A DNA stretch of 63,162 bases, filler included, from Ionaspis alba (taxonomy: Eukaryota): the NCBI GenBank assembly GCA_964255285.1. It is 20 parts of 20 records of this genome, joined end to end, with 100 filler letters (N's around TTAATTAATTAA, not from the genome) between each part and the next. Parts side by side here need not be neighbours in the genome. Positions count along the whole stretch, not along the records: positions 60,199 to 63,162 come from CAXUUL010001244.1; 19 more parts are not named here. One strand, given 5' to 3'. Made by a program: the position numbers and the translations under genes. The notes below the pieces were generated by a model that was given only the letters and a program-made list of their open reading frames with translations, was not told the origin of the DNA and ran no database searches. Positions 60,521 to 63,162 of the stretch are shown here, one piece after another (position 1 is the stretch's first letter; each line of letters starts with the position of its first letter).

Positions 60521-63162
60521 ATGGCAGATTACGAAAGAAGACAGGGAGGATATAGGGGTGGCAATAGTAATAATAACCGCAAACGACGATACAGAGGTAT
60601 GAGAGCGAAGGAGAAGCTTCGTGAGACCCGAGCTAACAGCTTCGAAAGACGACGATGACTTCGATCGTCGTCCACAGCGTAGGAGATACGAAGAACCGGC
60701 ACACGTAAAATTGCGGAAACAATTGCTCGTCATCGCCGAATCGGTACGCTCCTGAACGACGGTGAAGATGTCCTTGAACCTAGCTGATAATCTCCTCCAG
60801 CCCGTCAAGAAACCCGAGGATGAGATCGCCGAGATCGCCAGAATTTTTACGGAAGGTTACGAGGATGAGGAACTACGCAATACGTTTCTGGACTCCACAT
60901 CTCAGCTGTAAGATCCCCGCGGCCGTGGTGCAGGAAGTGAGGCTGACACAAAAGCCAGCATTGTCGAGCAACCTCTTAAGATTCCTTTTATAGCAGCCAT
61001 AGTCCTTGTCGTCAACTCACAAAGGTCCGAGATGACCGAGGCGATTCTTGCTCGAGCCGGAAAAGCTATTCATGAATATCTACAAACAGGCGCCTGGCGC
61101 GAAGTCAAGCTCGTTCTCAGATTTTTGGCTTGCCTGCAGGGACTGTTAGAAGGAGAGGGCGTATTTCCCGTTCTGGAGGATCTCTTCTTGAGGGCTGTGG
61201 ACTTGCAAACAGCGTCTTCTGAGGATGTGGGATTTCTGCATAACCTCTAATGCAGCTGAACATTGCTAACACCATTGCAAGGGGCTCGGCCTAGAACTGG
61301 TCAAAATCATACTCCTTACCATCGCTTACCTCATGGCTTCATCTGCGACTGGATTGGAAGACCAAGCGTCGGCCTTGCTTGAGAAGACCGACATCATTGC
61401 GTCGACACCTCATACTCTAGAGGCTTTGGTGGATCCATATCCGGGGAACGACGAGATGAACACCCACGAACCACAGAGTGTGATCAGCCTTCTTCAACGA
61501 CAGTTGTCAGTCGAGTCTAGTCAGGGTTGGACACTTGCCTGCATTCCACGTCCCTGGCAATTCTCAGCTATGCCAACCTCGTTGGAAGATGCTCCCAAAC
61601 ACACGCTTCCTGAGATCAACATACCATCCCCAGTCTCTCCTGGTGGACGACCGCGACTTCCCGAGATCTATTTTTCTACCTACTCCGACCAAGATATCGA
61701 GACTGTTCCGTCCACCGAGAACATAGCATCTTCGATACTCCGGGACTCTCTGGTAGACACTATTAACATACTCGACTACAACCGCAACGCTACTGCGAAG
61801 TTCCTCATCGACATCGATTGCTATTTTGCACCCGATACTTTCGTCAAGAGGGCTACCCCATTCGACAAACTACGGGATGTGGACGGAGAGCGATCTACCT
61901 GGAAGCCGGAAGATGTAGCTGTTGACGCTGTCTTCTCCCAACTTTTCCAGCTACCCATGCCAGAACACAAGCTCGTTTACTACCACTCGGTCCTGACGGA
62001 GGCATGTAAGATCGCGCCCGCAGCGATTGCGCCTAGTTTGGGACGTGCTATACGATACCTATACAAGAACGTGGACTCGATGGATCTTGAATTGGAGTAT
62101 AGATTCATGGATTGGTTCTCGCATCATTTAAGTAATTTCGGTTTCACCTGGAAATGGACCGAATGGTAAGTCTCATGCTCTATCATGGAACATATCACTA
62201 ACCAATACTAGGGTTGACGATGTTGAACTCCCTCAGATACATCCAAAGAAGGCCTTTATGATGGGATCACTGGAGAAAGAGATACGCTTGAGCTTTGCTC
62301 AACGTATTCGAGGAACTCTTCCTAAACCGTATCAGCCTTTGATCTCCGAAGCAAAGGAGAAGGATACCCCAGATTTTAAATACAACTCTGATCGTAAGTA
62401 CTAAGTTTTCCTACTAGGGATGGGACTCTAACTAATGTGTACCGCAGAAACCCCATACTCAACCCAAGCTCAGGAGATTCTCCGACTCCTCCGCACCAAA
62501 GCTTCAGACACTGAAATTCAAGTACCCATGCTCGCTCTCCAAGACGCAGCACTCGATCACGGTATTACCGACCCTCTTATCCCCTCCACCGATGCCTTCA
62601 TGACCGCCGTCTGCTTCGTCGGTTCCAAATCACTCTCCCACGTCCTCTCATGCATCGAGCGTTGCAAAGACCGCCTCCTCGCCATCGGCCCCTCCTCCGA
62701 AGCCGCCCGTCGTCAGATCGTCAGCAGCGTCATGGAATACTGGTCCGAAAAGCCAGGCGTGGGTGTCAACATCGTGGACAAGTTACTCAATTACACGATT
62801 CTCACACCACGCTGTGTAGTCGAGTGGGTGGTGGTCGAGAAACTGGATAAGGGTGAGATCCTGACCAATGCGTGGGTTTACGAAATGATTGCCGGGACGG
62901 TGGGTAAAGTGACGAATCGTATACGGCAGATTGTGGCGGCCCGGAATCAGCGGGGTCTGCCGGCTGAGCAGCGGGAGATTCTGGATGAGACGTTGGAGAA
63001 GGAGAGGGGTGCTATGGTGGAGCTGTTTGGCGTGCTTGAGGACGGTTTGAAGGGTGTTGCTGAGGGCAGCGCTGATGGGATGGTGGAAGGTGTGGATGAT
63101 AATGATGGAGATGAAGCTCTGTTGAGGGGATGGGGCAGGAGATGGCTTAGAGTTTTTCGACG
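60521..63162 (+). CDS. CBC1: Nuclear cap-binding complex large subunit Cbp80/Sto1 (3' truncated, multi-exon)
   Basis: NRKRRYR NLS, EQPLKIPF.A, VFSQLFQLP.P...VYYHSVL, RF.DWFSHHLSNFGF.W.W.EW, EKEIRLSFAQRI, GSKSLSH. Confidence 0.94.

Noticed and set aside
1..63162. Transposons, RIP-degraded repeats, tRNA or rRNA genes
   Set aside because: No transposase/RT motifs, terminal repeats, long AT-rich RIP tracts or RNA-gene signatures seen by eye. tRNAscan, Rfam and repeat searches would be needed to exclude them.

Overview
This is not a contiguous locus. It is 20 short contigs/scaffolds (about 3.16 kb falling steadily to 2.96 kb, sorted by length) from a gene-dense filamentous ascomycete (Pezizomycotina; short GT-AG introns with CTRAY-type branch points). 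They are joined by artificial 100-bp spacers (44 N + TTAATTAATTAA + 44 N), so only neighbours within one contig are real. Recognisable genes, many cut by contig ends: ADO1, NNF1, POB3, an AlcS/GPR1-FUN34-YaaH transporter tail, a HAD hydrolase, MUS81, HEM15, KU70, a PQ-loop protein, a PTH11-like receptor, FAN1, a Num1/ApsA-like coiled-coil protein, ATP12, QRI7, AGC1, DBP10, MRPL35, ARB1, an inositol polyphosphate kinase and CBP80/STO1. The best discovery candidates are accessory-looking genes: two very divergent but end-to-end collinear members of an unrecognised ~720-760 aa family (3744-6014, 45417-47591); a small His-motif protein tail-to-tail with an atypical kinase (54666-56686); a sacsin/NO VEIN-type GHKL ATPase; and a tandem pair of F-box-like paralogs missed by the ORF track. 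Recurrent C-rich-to-G-rich switches also run through many genes. No rRNA, tRNA, CRISPR or transposase was seen. All family calls come from motif recognition by eye, not database searches.
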